Shown: positions 11,999 to 25,392, counted from the whole stretch's first letter. The stretch: DNA of 63,906 bases, filler included, from Octopus bimaculoides (GCF_001194135.2; 5 parts of 5 records of this genome joined end to end with filler, not necessarily neighbours in it); one strand, 5' to 3'. Made by a program: numbers and translations. The notes: generated from the letters alone by a model not told the origin.

Positions 11999-12840
11999 AA
12001 CAAATAGTAAATGAGTATATGCATATATACGTACAGGTATGTGCATACCGACATCCACATGTATGTATAGGTGCATCTCTGGGTACAGGACATTGCAAAC
12101 AAAACAGAGACGAGAAAACACACAAGCCACATAGAGAACATTCTACTTCATCAGTGTATGTATATATATATACGTATATATATATATATATATCTATATA
12201 TATATAAACACACACACACACACATATACAGATTTGAAAATATGTGCGTGCGTGTATGAATGTATGTTTATATACGTATGTATGTATGTGTGTGCGTATG
12301 TATGCATGTATCTATCTATATATATATATATATGCTTATATGTAAATGTATAATGTATATTTATATGTGTACATATACATATAGGTTATATATATATATT
12401 AACACACGCCGCACGCTCACACTCACACACATGCATGTACATACAAACCTATACGTACACTAGCCATTATCCACACACTGCAACGTTGGTAAGGCATCTT
12501 GTTGAGGTATATTATATGTATAGAATAATTAACGGTTTGAAACATGAGGCAATCTCACCTCCGTATCAATGTAGCTTGAGAACAAAAGGATTTTCCTTTC
12601 TGTAATCAATAACAGCATCTGTTACAATGATTAAATAATGAACCAACAAACACCCCATAGTATGGAATTGTGAATCTAACACTTATTATTAAATTACGCT
12701 GCCAGGTCATTAGTATAATTAATAGATAACAGATTTCGATGTAGGATAAAGTGACAGTTATATTATAGGACATACCCGTAGGATACAGGTTCGTATCAAT
12801 GGGTGTCCTAGTATTTTGCAGTTATGTATATATACACACA

Positions 12841-12877
<37 letters not shown>

Positions 12878-13392
12878 AATGTATAACAATGGTTTTGTCA
12901 TAGTGTGCGAACCAGCTGGGAAATTTTTTTAATTAAAATCAATTCACAGAAAACCGAAAAATCCTAAATTTCACTTCTAAGTTATTCGCGTGCTTCTGGG
13001 TGTATATATGAGTATATATGAGTATATATATATATGAATAAACACACACACAGATACACACACCGTACATACATATATATGTAATATATATATACATATA
13101 TATATGAGTGTTGTATAGTGCCGTCAGGTACAGTCATGCATTTATTCAGGCAGTGGTTCATCATTCTTTTGTGTACAACAGCGGCAATGAATTGAATGGT
13201 AACACAAAGTGTTCGGTCGCCTAAAATGTACGCTCGGGTCTTGTCGAACTTAAACTTCAAGTATTTCGATAAGTAGCTAATTTCTGTCTGTCCCACTCTC
13301 ATGCGCTCTCGTTACAGACTTGAAAGTCAATGTAGTTAGCGGCGAAGTTGTGATGACACATGTATTTTGTGTGTTTGGGATCAACCTGATAA

Positions 13393-14010
13393 TGGAATAG
13401 CAAAACCAATATCGACATTTCAAGAAAATCGTCAGAAACCAGCAGGAATGTACGTGCTGTGTACGAAGAGGATGCTGTTTCAGAACGTGTATAGCAGAAT
13501 GGTATTGAAGATTTGTATCGGGAAATGTTTCTATTACTGTGGCCGGCTGCTTGAAATTAACAGTGGCACCATTCCCCTTCAGACGACCAGCATGATCGCA
13601 TTCATTCCCAAATATCCAAATCGATTGTTAGAAAACTAATCTTATTGAGGAGGTTACGTCAACTGGCTTGATATTTGTGTCTCCGTTTGGTTGAACGAAG
13701 ATAAAATCGACCTAAGGATTTCTATCTGCGATCATTTTTTGAAGAGAATGGCATGTGGTACAAAAACTGGTTCGTCTATAACTATGTGAAATGAATCGTG
13801 ATATAATCGCATCGAATCAACCCAAAACAACCTAAAAAAAGACCTCACCTGAAGAAAGTTATGTTTCAGTTTGGAGGAATTCGAAGGTCGTATTTTTCCC
13901 CAGCTTCTTATATACAGGATCAGAACTTTGGTAATGTCCTGTGACCAGCTGGACAAATTGAACACAGCACATCACAAGAAGTGTTCAGCACGTGCTAGTC
14001 GTAAGGGTGC
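13393..14010 (+). pseudogene. Mariner transposase pseudogene (N-terminal HTH to mid-catalytic domain)
   Basis: ETSRNVRAVYEEDAVSERV (mariner HTH), DQLDKLNTAHHKK and LV.RKGV (Y..QL.RL..A...KRP.LVNRKGV pattern); many stops and frameshifts; cut off at the Tx1 fragment. Confidence 0.75.
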
Positions 14011-14024
14011 CAGATGGAGACTTA

Positions 14025-14548
14025 TTTGCAGACGCAGTAGAAGATACTGGAGCTTATCTGAAAGGTTCTGCCGCACTCTCCACATTCGCCCGACCTTTAT
14101 TCGTCAAATTTCCACCCGTTTCGCCCTCTTTAAAATTCACTAAATGGACGAATTTTCAACTTGTCACCTCGTCCCAACGTTTATCTACCTGGAAGTCTGG
14201 TCCGAATCAAACCCCAAGCAACTTTACCGGTCCGTCCGTCCAGCGCCCAACGACGATGATGAACGGCATGGACTGGCCTCTCCAGAAGCCGAGTTGCAAG
14301 CACCAACTTTTCCGGGTTAAGCTTTACTCCCGTCAACCTTTCTATTCCTTTAAGGATGTGCCGACCACCTAGATTTCTGAGGNNNNNNNNNNNNNNNNNN
14401 NTTCTGAGGTATCCGAGGCCATCACAGTGATGTCATTCGTATACGCCGACAGAGCTCTACTGCGTTCTGCTTCGAGTGGGATGCCTTCCAGCAGCTCCAG
14501 CTTCCACAATAAAGGCTCAAGAGTCAATACATATAGAAGGAATGAGAG
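14025..14548 (-). pseudogene. L1-clade (Tx1-like) reverse transcriptase fragment
   Basis: LSFLLYVLTLEPLLWKL...SAYTNDITV (LSPLLY/YADD motifs), GPVKLLGVWFGPDFQVDKRW, KGRANV. Confidence 0.85.
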
Positions 14549-14872
14549 AAACAAAAATGAGTGAGGACGAGTTCTGCTAGACGAGGATGGGTGGAGGTGC
14601 TGGGTGTGGGGGTCGGGGCGACGGTCGAGGAAGAATTGGAGGGCTAAGAGACCGTTGTTGTAGGGAATCACCGTGTATAGGGATTTGATGTCTAAGGTCC
14701 TGAGGAGGCGTGAGAGGCCGGGAGGGAACGAGAAGGAATTAAAGAAGCGAAGGGCGTGGTTGGCGTCAGTTATATGGGATGGGAGGCCATGAAATAAAGG
14801 GGACAGGATAAGGTCGAGATATTTTGAGATGAGTTCTCTGGGGCAGTTACAGACGGAAACAACTAGGTGGCC
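14546..14872 (-). pseudogene. Penelope-like reverse transcriptase fragment
   Basis: VVSVCNCPRELISKYLDLILSP..LPSHITDANHAL...TLDIKSLYTVIPYNNGLLALQFFLDRR and, after a frameshift, PSTST..RLAELVLT..CF, typical of PLE RT around motif A. Confidence 0.85.
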
Positions 14873-15501
14873 ATATTTTTACGTACATAAAATACGGGCA
14901 GCCTTAATTTACATATTACTGCTCACTTCTTGGCAGTGGTGGAAAATGTTTGTCCCCACATTCGTGAGTTTGCTTTGAATTCGGAACACATTCGTTGAGA
15001 ATCAAGCATCTTAACCACATACCAAATGATTTTTGTTTTCATTTATGATACTTTTAGGACATCTTTTCTATTAATATCTCATATTTTAAATATTACTTGC
15101 TGGTAATTGCTTCCTTATTGTTAAAACTATGTTTTGACCTAACCATTTCCCATTCCATTGAAATGCACGCTTTCATGGATGGCATTCACTTTATTCAAGC
15201 TGTATTCTTTTTCTATAACAATAAATCGTTACCATTCCAGAGAATTCATTGTATTTATAGATACAAAACTCGCATAGATTTACTCAGAATTTAGTTAAAG
15301 CTACGTTCTTTCAACAATCGTCCACGACTCTTTTATGGCTGAGGCTAAAAACAGTATATTCCATACGTAATGGTACATAGCATTAACTAGCAACAACATT
15401 TTCAATGCTCTTTCATAATGTAAGCATACACACACATACACACATAGAGGCACACACATGCACACACATACACGCATATATATATGTATATATAAATATA
15501 A

Positions 15502-15536
<35 letters not shown>

Positions 15537-15566
15537 TGTATATATATATATATATGTATATATGTT

Positions 15567-15631
<65 letters not shown>

Positions 15632-16150
15632 GTATGTATGTATGTATACATAGGTATGAATGGACGTTTGCGTACATGCATACAAATATAAATACATGCA
15701 AATATATATGTACACACACACGCATACACTCACACACACGCACATACATCCATATTTATATATAATATACATATATGTACATAAGCATGCAAACACACAC
15801 ATATATATATGTATTTATGCACATATGTAAGTATGCATATATGTATGTATGTATGTATGTCTGCATGTGTACAAGTATATATGCTTGTATGCCATAGAAC
15901 ACAAAGGGACATTTTTCAGAGAAATAACGGATTGTCTTTGATTCGGCTTTTATGCGAAACATCATCAAATCTATATATAGTGGGTAGTATAGGTTTTTGG
16001 TTTATATAAGGAACAGCGGAATTGAAAGGACTCTATGGATGGAAGACAGGCAATAAAAATCCACCGAGAGCTGCCATAAAAACGGCCTGAGAGAAGCACT
16101 TTATATATACATATACACATATATAAAGATATATATATTTACATATATAG

Positions 16151-16193
<43 letters not shown>

Positions 16194-16532
16194 TGTGTGT
16201 GTGTGTATGTATATATGTATATGCACGTATATATATGTGTGTATATATATATATATATATAAAGTGCATGTGTGTGTGCCTGTGTGAATATGCGTTTATG
16301 CGTACGTACACCCACGCATATATATTAAATTTGTATATTTACAAACAATGGTATGCACACGTATATACATGAACACATACACACACACACACACATACAC
16401 ACATACGCGCGCATACACACAATCATAAACACTCATATTTGCACAAAAGCAGTCACGTGTAAATGAAAACATTCACGTACATGTATATCCTAGAAATGGG
16501 TTTGAGGGTTCTGTACAACTAGGCGTGTTTCT

Positions 16533-16565
<33 letters not shown>

Positions 16566-16585
16566 CTCTCTTTCTCTCTCAGTAT

Positions 16586-16619
<34 letters not shown>

Positions 16620-17110
16620 CGTTGCTATTATGGTGAACTGTCGTATGTCCAAATTTGGCCAAATGCGTTTCGTTCAATATTTATTTTTGTTTGTAATAAC
16701 CGGTACTTTTGTTCAAAGTACCGTATCTCCTGCTGCTTTAGATGCCAAGATATTAAAAATTAACAAAGTNNNNNNNNNNNNNNNNNNNNNNNNNNNNNNN
16801 NNNNNNNNNNNNNNNNNNNNNNNNNNNNNNNNNNNNNNNNNNNNNNNNNNNNNNNNNNNNNNNNNNNNNNNNNNNNNNNNNNNNNNNNNNNNNNNNNNNN
16901 NNNNNNNNNNNNNNNNNNNNNNNNNNNNNNNNNNNNNNNNNNNNNNNNNNNNNNNNNNNNNNNNNNNNNNNNNNNNNNNNNNNNNNNNNNNNNNNNNNNN
17001 NNNNNNNNNNNNNNNNNNNNNNNNNNNNNNNNNNNNNNNNNNNNNNNNNNNNNNNNNNNNNNNNNNNNNNNNNNNNNNNNNNNNNNNNNNNNNNNNNNNN
17101 NNNNNNNNNN

Positions 17111-17143
<33 letters not shown>

Positions 17144-17532
17144 TTGTATGAGTGTATTTTTTCTTATAGTGATGCTGAAAAACTAACTAGTTTTAACACA
17201 TAGTAACTCAGAGTTTCACTCTCTTTCACACACACACACAAACACACACACACATACACACACACACATTCACACACATATATACATATGCACATATTAT
17301 TGTTCCTGTCCATTCACGAGGTATAAGATATCCCTCTTTCTAATGGGACTGCTCTCGTTGAATCATCGAATCATATGAGAAAACCATGTGAACCTCCTTG
17401 GCCAATAACCACCCATTTTCCAGCATCCATTTTGCACCACTTTTCCCTCTCCATTCTTTGATCTGAACGTGAATGAATTAAGCTTTTGTATGAAACCGAC
17501 GAAGCTTTAAGTAGTCGAATCAAGCTGATTTA

Positions 17533-17596
<64 letters not shown>

Positions 17597-17609
17597 GTAG
17601 TAGTAGTAC

Positions 17610-17681
<72 letters not shown>
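17533..17681. repeat. (AAT)n / (AGT)n / (AAT)n(ATT)n compound microsatellite with a spacerless palindrome
   Basis: ...taataataa|ttattatta... centred near 17639/17640. Confidence 0.95.
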
Positions 17682-17683
<2 letters not shown>

Positions 17684-17865
17684 GTGAATATTGCACACTT
17701 TCCCCAAAATAACCCTGCTAGAAACAGTCCTTATCCTAGGTAAAACACTATCAGTTCAATAATACATCCTAAACAAAACAACCTACAAACAAAAGACACG
17801 CTCATACAGCAATTATTCAGTCAACTATACTTTCGTCAGCAAGCTAGATAACCAACGCATTACAC

Positions 17866-19985
17866 ATTCTGCATACTGCGTCAACAAATACTCCCCGTTA
17901 TCAACTGTAGTTCCTTTAATATCTCTGTTCTTTGTTATATGACCAGCAAGGACCTCAATACGGAGGATGAACATATATGGAGAGAGAGGATCGCTCTGCC
18001 TACAGGAAACCAAGGAGACAATATACTATTAATAGTCAGACAAGATTTAGCACCATTGTAAAAAATATTGAACCACTTACAGATGTCATCAAAAAATCAA
18101 AAAAAAAAAAAGATATTGTCTTGTGTATAAATAACTATGAGACAGAATCAAATACTTTCTCAAAATCTGTGAAAAGCAACATTCCCGGTATGTCGTTTGA
18201 TTCTGTGTGGTTCATCAAATCGTATACCAGTCTTATTATCGCCAACGTATCTGTTAGGCATGAGTCCTGTTTGATCAGTACTAACCTACTTTGGAAAGAT
18301 ACTTTTGAACCTCTCAGTAATAACAGAAGAGAGACATTTGTAGGCAGTATTGAGAAGTGAAATAGGTCTCCAGTTCTTCAAGAAACGCTTGGGTTTATCT
18401 CGTTTTGGAATTCAAGTAATAATACCTTGCCTCTGTGTCACTGGCAGATAACCCTTAGCAAAGCTATAATTGAATGACCTCAACATGAACAGGGATTCCA
18501 AAAGAATTCCAAAAGAATTATAAAAATCATTGGTGAACCCATCCGAACCTGGACTTTTATTGTTCTTTGCCTTTTTGAGACATTTTAAAAGTTCGTCGTA
18601 AGTCAGTGGAGCTTCTAGTGAGTCAAAATCTCCCTTACTAATCCTACACAAGTCCCCTTCAGAAAAAAGTCCATCAAGGTCACAATCTTTCAACACATGC
18701 TCCTTGGAAGAATACAATCTTTCGTCAAAATGATGTTGCTTCAAGTACAATATTCCTTGTATTTTCTACAGTAGGTCTATTGTCTAGCTCTAACTGGGCC
18801 ATGCCTTTGCCTACATAATTCATATTTTCTAAATTGCAAAAATAACGGCTAACCTTCTCCCCTTCATCAATCTACTTGAGCAAATTATAATGCCCTCCAA
18901 TTTTGCTTTACGAATCTCTTCTCCTTCTTTTTCTTTTTTCCTCCAGTTTCCTCATTTCTACAAAAGTGGTTTCCAATTGCTTAATATCATCTCGTAGATT
19001 TTGTTCTTTTTTTTTCTTTTTTTTTTTTTACTCTAGAATGTTTTAAGAATGAAGAGTATGAAATAGATTTCCCTCTATTTTCCATTAATAGAGTTTGCAA
19101 AAACAAGTGATCACTTACATTAAATTTAATCTCAGGCATATTAACTGCACCAATATCTCTATCAGGTTCCAAACAGGAAGCATATTGCTTGACAACACTG
19201 TTAATGGTTCCCTTATTTTGGATTTTTGAAAAGGGAGTTATCAAATTTCCAATATGCACTTTTACGGTCATCTTCTTGGAAAAATCTATTTTGATGTCTA
19301 CAAGAGAATAGTCAGATGTGTACCTAGACTTTATAAAAGACTGGCAAATAAATGAATACAAACACTGACACCAGAAAGAAATGTAACCTTGCTTGTCTCC
19401 ATGTATAGCCTAGTGTGTCTGGGTTATGATCTCTCCGAACATCTACAAGGTCGAGGTCCCCTACCATATCGATTATTTGGATTTTAGCGTAAGGATTGTT
19501 TATATGTTGATAATTGTAAGTGTCTAAAGACTACTAATGACAAAGATTAAAATCCCCAGCTATAATAGAATGGGAGTTTCCAAAGGTCTTGATTTTATCC
19601 ATCACCATAGCATAACACTGCGGATCATCTGCATCTGAACCGTATAAGTTTACTAGAGTTATTTTTATTTTCTCACAAAAAGCAATGCTTAGCATCAAGA
19701 CATTGCCTTTGCCATCCCTGAAAATCTTATGTACCTTATAATCAATATTATAAGAAAACAAGATGGCAACTCCCCTTGACTGTCCATTATTATTATCATA
19801 TAGTGCTACAGCACCCCATTCACTTCTAACAAGACATTCTTTTTCTTTCAAAAAGCGGGTATCTTGCAAAAAGTAGATTTTATATTTTTTGGCTCTCAAA
19901 AAATGCAGAACATCTTTTCTTTTGGTATGATCATTAAAGCCCCAACAATTGACTGAACATATAAGGTATATTTAGGTCATACATT
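17866..19985 (-). pseudogene. L1-clade LINE ORF2 pseudogene (APE endonuclease + RT, 3'-truncated)
   Basis: SVNCWGFND..RKDVLHFLRAKKYKIYFLQDT, SRGVAILF, IIAGDFN (APE EN); KSPGSDGF, KNWRPISLLNTAYK, DFEKVFDSV, CRQSDPLSPYMF, QYAE (RT, ending at the YADD position). Confidence 0.92.
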
Positions 19986-20209
19986 TAGTATGTATACATA
20001 AAATGATGAAAATGTATTGGTATGACCCCTCAAACCTTCTAGCACATGATACACGTTTAAACACGCATAATAGCTGACATTCAAACCTTCCCTTCATAAC
20101 CCCGTTTTAGGAAACATTTGACCTTCCTTTCCTTCATGAGACATAACAACTTGGTCAGCAAACGGGAATCAAAATTCTGACTTTATTCATGAGAGAAGAA
20201 AAATATAAG

Positions 20210-21030
20210 AAATGATAATTCCCAAACTCAAAGCTTCCTTTCCGAAGTACCTTGTTCCCAAGAACACAGCGATTGCGGACAACGTCACGATCAACATTCT
20301 GATAGCTGATTTGGTGAGAGTGATGAAGAATGTGTCACGGATGTGCGATCCTATGGAACTAGAAAGATGCAGCACTTTATCCACCGCAGGTAGTTCTCAC
20401 ACTACAGCCAGAGGGAGAGTATTAGAGTGTGCAAAGGAGCCAGGACTAAGTACAAAGCCATCATAGAGAGTGATGCTAACGGTATCTCCCCGCTGTACAG
20501 GAGTAAACCTTGGAACAGCACAGAAAGGACCAGTAATAAGATCGATAAATCTATAACTTGGTATGACAACAGAAAATACCAGAATGTCATGTTCGTTGAT
20601 GCTACCCTTCGCGGCGAACTAGCAGACCATTTTGGAAAAAAACATTAAGGCTAATCTACGAATCAAAGTAGTAGAGAGGCCTGGTGCCCCTTTAAAATCC
20701 TTGCTCTGCAATACCTATCCCTTTGAAAATCACACCCTCTCCCTGTACAAAAGAGAATTGTGTTGCATGAAGGATGCACCCACAGGTTAACTGTAAAGTT
20801 AGGAACGCAGTGTACAGCTTACGATGTACTGAAGAACGGTGTAGAAACTACCTACCTAGGAGAGACTGCGTGCAGCAAAGGAGAGCGTATAGGTTGATAT
20901 TGGCGAGAGCTCAAATAAGGGAAAAGCGTGTCAGTGCTACGAACATACTCAGGCAGAACATGGAGACTTGATTAATAGCATAAAGGTTAAAGTACTATCA
21001 GCACGTAGAACTGGCACGACACTCTTAGCT
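20210..21030 (+). pseudogene. Penelope-like element ORF 3' part (RT thumb, Cys-rich linker, GIY-YIG endonuclease)
   Basis: NILIADLVRVMKNVS, PLYRSKPW, WY...VMFVDATLRGEL, KVVERPG, CTKENCVA*, NAVYSLRC..RC, YLGET, HTQAEH, KVKVL; frameshifted. Confidence 0.85.
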
Positions 21031-21146
21031 CTGCCATTTGAAATTTCGAGTTCTATTATGACAACTTACTGATTGTCCTATACTATATATATATACATTC
21101 TTCTATTTACATAATATCGGGGTCTCAATCCTTTGTTGTCATTTTA

Positions 21147-21191
<45 letters not shown>

Positions 21192-21196
21192 TCATC

Positions 21197-21229
<33 letters not shown>

Positions 21230-21553
21230 NNNNNNNNNNNNNNNNNNNNNNNNNNNNNNNNNNNNNNNNNNNNNNNNNNNNNNNNNNNNNNNNNNNNNNN
21301 NNNNNNNNNNNNNNNNNNNNNNNNNNNNNNNNNNNNNNNNNNNNNNNNNNNNNNNNNNNNNNNNNNNNNNNNNNNNNNNNNNNNNNNNNNNNNNNNNNNN
21401 NNNNNNNNNNNNNNNNNNNNNNNNNNNNNNNNNNNNNNNNNNNNNNNNNNNNNNNNNNNNNNNNNNNNNNNNNNNNNNNNNNNNNNNNNNNNNNNNNNNN
21501 NNNNNNNNNNNNNNNNNNNNNNNNNNNNNNNNNNNNNNNNNNNNNNNNNNNNN

Positions 21554-21591
<38 letters not shown>

Positions 21592-21958
21592 AGCGCACTT
21601 GTAATATATTAAGAAGCAACAGCTACTGGCATATTTATAGGTACGAAAAGAACACCCACAGACTTTCTAATGAACGTATACCGTAATAACCACTGACAAA
21701 CATAAATCTAAAGATATGAAAAGAACACCTATAGAAATTCACGAACACATGTTTCGTGTACGCATTTACACACGCGTTTCATACGCATGCATACACACAT
21801 ACACTCCCGTACACGTATACACACAAACAGACTCCCTCTCACACACACACACACACAAGCACACTTGCTCACACACAGGTGCGCAGACATACTAAAGCAC
21901 TAAATCTGGAGCAGCCGTATAAAAATATATCTATATATACATTTATCTCTCTACCTAC

Positions 21959-22030
<72 letters not shown>

Positions 22031-22666
22031 GTATATATGTAAGTATATATACGTGCTTGTTTATGCTCCCGTAACTATGTCTCATTTCTTCGGTGTGTTT
22101 ATGTCAACTATCTCTGTGTACATTTGCCTCTACGTACCTGTACAAAATTACTTTGCATTTTATCTGATGTTGTTAGTAGACGTAATACTAAACAGATTTT
22201 GAAAGCTCAGCCTTGTGTGAAGCACCATTGTACGTTTACCAGAACTTTTTCACCCGTTTCTAAACGTTGCGTGGGAGAAATTTCTTTGATTATGCAACAA
22301 GTCTCACAGAATGACACGATTCAGACCAGCAGTTCTGAATATACTGGAATATTTCAATGGACAAAATATAATATGATCGATAAACAGTATATAACATATG
22401 ATATATAATCTAATCGATAAATACTACTACAAAGCTGTCCTCAGTTTAGATACAAATATAAGCTATGGAATGTTCCATTCGGATTAAACAGATTAACATG
22501 ATCGCTTGGAAACCCCATATCCGGCTACTTCAAAGATATTAATTTTCTCACTTTCGTATATAAATGCTTCGTTTATTTAAGTAAGTTCACATTTATATTT
22601 ACAACCTATATATACTAACCACCGATTATACGTACTTGAATAAATATATATATATATATATATATA

Positions 22667-22766
22667 NNNNNNNNNNNNNNNNNNNNNNNNNNNNNNNNNN
22701 NNNNNNNNNNTTAATTAATTAANNNNNNNNNNNNNNNNNNNNNNNNNNNNNNNNNNNNNNNNNNNN
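22667..22766. other. Artificial assembly join (44 N + TTAATTAATTAA + 44 N)
   Basis: Exact 100-bp structure; the linker has stops in all six frames; occurs four times. Confidence 0.95.
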
Positions 22767-23703
22767 ATATATATGCATACACACAGAAACCGCAACAGAA
22801 ATGGCCAGCAAAATATTTTAGCCACACTTTATTTAGTGACTACGTAATTTTATATATATATGTTGGGGTTTTCTCATTAGATTTTTTCTTGTTTGCAGAT
22901 ACGTAAATATATTATTTTTAGGGATTCATTGTAATTTCATAAAACGCACTAAAGAAAAATAACTGGGAAAATATCTACAACATCGCTGGAGAGTTCTGAG
23001 CGGCTAAAGGAGGTAGTTAAAAACTACGCAATGATCTTCGATGTAAATGATATGATCTGACATGGCGAATATTTATGGCACAATAAAACCGTTTCTGACA
23101 ACCAGATTGTTTGCAGAGTTGATATTTCAATGTAGGATTTGAAAGGGAAAGAAATATCTGCTAAAAAATAGATGGATCTTCATTCCAATGAAATAAACGT
23201 GTTCAAGCTTGGAAAGGAACTAACAGAATCCAATCGCTGAACTGGATTGTTTAAAGCACCGATCATGATCCAAAAGAACGAATATGAGACTATCATCAGA
23301 GGAGCTTGCAAGTACGATCATATAAAATATCAATTATAAAGCTGGAAGAATCCTTGGCTGGGAGTGGATAGAGATTGACTTGTTAGTTTAGAGATGGATC
23401 CTTCAATCAAGTGCACCCCTAATCAGTTCAAAAGGTATGATGCAGGTAAAAGAACTACAAAATACTTTCCAGTTTTGAGACAAGGCAGCAATTTTGAGTG
23501 TAGAAGGCTTGTCGATGTAATTTTCATAGGACTGCAATTCAGAGATTCACGTTCCCGTTCGTCGGACGACTGGGATAAATAGTATTTATCACACACACAC
23601 AGACTGAATGACAGACTGAGGGATATACAATCAAGTATATGTGTAGAGAGTAAGTATATTGGCAGTTAGAATGAACAATGAACAATGAGACAACTGATAT
23701 ATG

Positions 23704-23758
<55 letters not shown>

Positions 23759-23981
23759 GGGTGGTACAGAGAGAAAGGGAGAGAAGGGAGACAGGTAGAT
23801 AGATTCGTGGATGGCTGCCTCGATAATATATTAGCCTAAGAGCAACACAATGAAGGAGAAGGGAGGTGAAATTTCCGTCATTTATCACAAGTGACCTTAT
23901 TCCACAGTTTGACGTATGTCTGTGAACCAAACCTTCCGTGTGTTGACCTCGTTACGGCTCTAAGTACTTACTATATCAGTG

Positions 23982-24012
<31 letters not shown>

Positions 24013-24085
24013 AGATACACACACACACATAAGCACGGTGTCACATTCCTATGTATTTAGTCACATACCACACTCTATAATGGTG

Positions 24086-24129
<44 letters not shown>

Positions 24130-24517
24130 NNNNNNNNNNNNNNNNNNNNNNNNNNNNNNNNNNNNNNNNNNNNNNNNNNNNNNNNNNNNNNNNNNNNNNN
24201 NNNNNNNNNNNNNNNNNNNNNNNNNNNNNNNNNNNNNNNNNNNNNNNNNNNNNNNNNNNNNNNNNNNNNNNNNNNNNNNNNNNNNNNNNNNNNNNNNNNN
24301 NNNNNNNNNNNNNNNNNNNNNNNNNNNNNNNNNNNNNNNNNNNNNNNNNNNNNNNNNNNNNNNNNNNNNNNNNNNNNNNNNNNNNNNNNNNNNNNNNNNN
24401 NNNNNNNNNNNNNNNNNNNNNNNNNNNNNNNNNNNNNNNNNNNNNNNNNNNNNNNNNNNNNNNNNNNNNNNNNNNNNNNNNNNNNNNNNNNNNNNNNNNN
24501 NNNNNNNNNNNNNNNNN

Positions 24518-24560
<43 letters not shown>

Positions 24561-24829
24561 GTATGTATACACGCGCATTCATACATACACGGGCTCACGC
24601 ACGTATGTAGATGCTAAGAGAATGTCAGAGACATACTGGACATCATTTATCAAAATCAAACGAGTTTTATGAACACCAATTACTTAGGTTTTAACTGCGT
24701 GTATAAATATATATATATACTCGAATATTCATATGTTTATATTTGTGAGTGAATTCGTTGAGTATGTCTGAGAGTAAGAATGAAAATCAATTGTGAATTT
24801 TCAAGTAAAATTTAAAGGTAACGTTATAT

Positions 24830-25145
24830 ATACCACGGAGGAACAGGACGTAGAACGTAAAAACTGATAAAATGGCGCTAATAATTTTGTCCGGACGGGC
24901 CAAGGATTCTGCGAGCTCACATTTAAAATTGTAGGTATTGGGTTCAAATTTCGGTACAGGGTCTGCAATTTCGAGAGGTAGGGATACATCGATTACAATG
25001 ACCTAGTCCTCAATAGGTACTTATTTTATAGACTTCGAAAGGATGAAAAGAAAGCCGACCTCGACCAAATTTGAACCTAGAACGTAAAGAGTTGTATATT
25101 TCATATGGTGTGCTAATGTTTCTCACGATTCTGCTAGCTATCCCC
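24830..25145 (-). mobile_element. Two adjacent SINE family A copies (head 24830-24920; longer copy 24935-25145)
   Basis: Reverse complements of gagctggcagaa..gttctgagttcaaatt..gaggtcg..ctttcatcctttcg. Confidence 0.7.
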
Positions 25146-25346
25146 CTTTAAATTCGTACATATTGAGAATTTATAAAGTTGAACGATGTTTCTTTTAAAA
25201 TGTTAAAATCATGTGTTACAAACAGTTAGTACACGGTTTCAAACACAAAGAAAAATAAGAAAAAGTATGATTCTTTCACGACTAAATTTGTTTTTGCATC
25301 TAAAATATCCAGATTGTTTTCCGAATGACTCTGGTTGTTTATATAC

Positions 25347-25392
<46 letters not shown>

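Noticed and set aside
17977-18360. 127-aa plus-strand ORF suggesting an inversion inside the L1
   Set aside because: The minus strand is continuous RT (KNWRPISLLN...DFEKVFDSV); the plus ORF is just its antisense.
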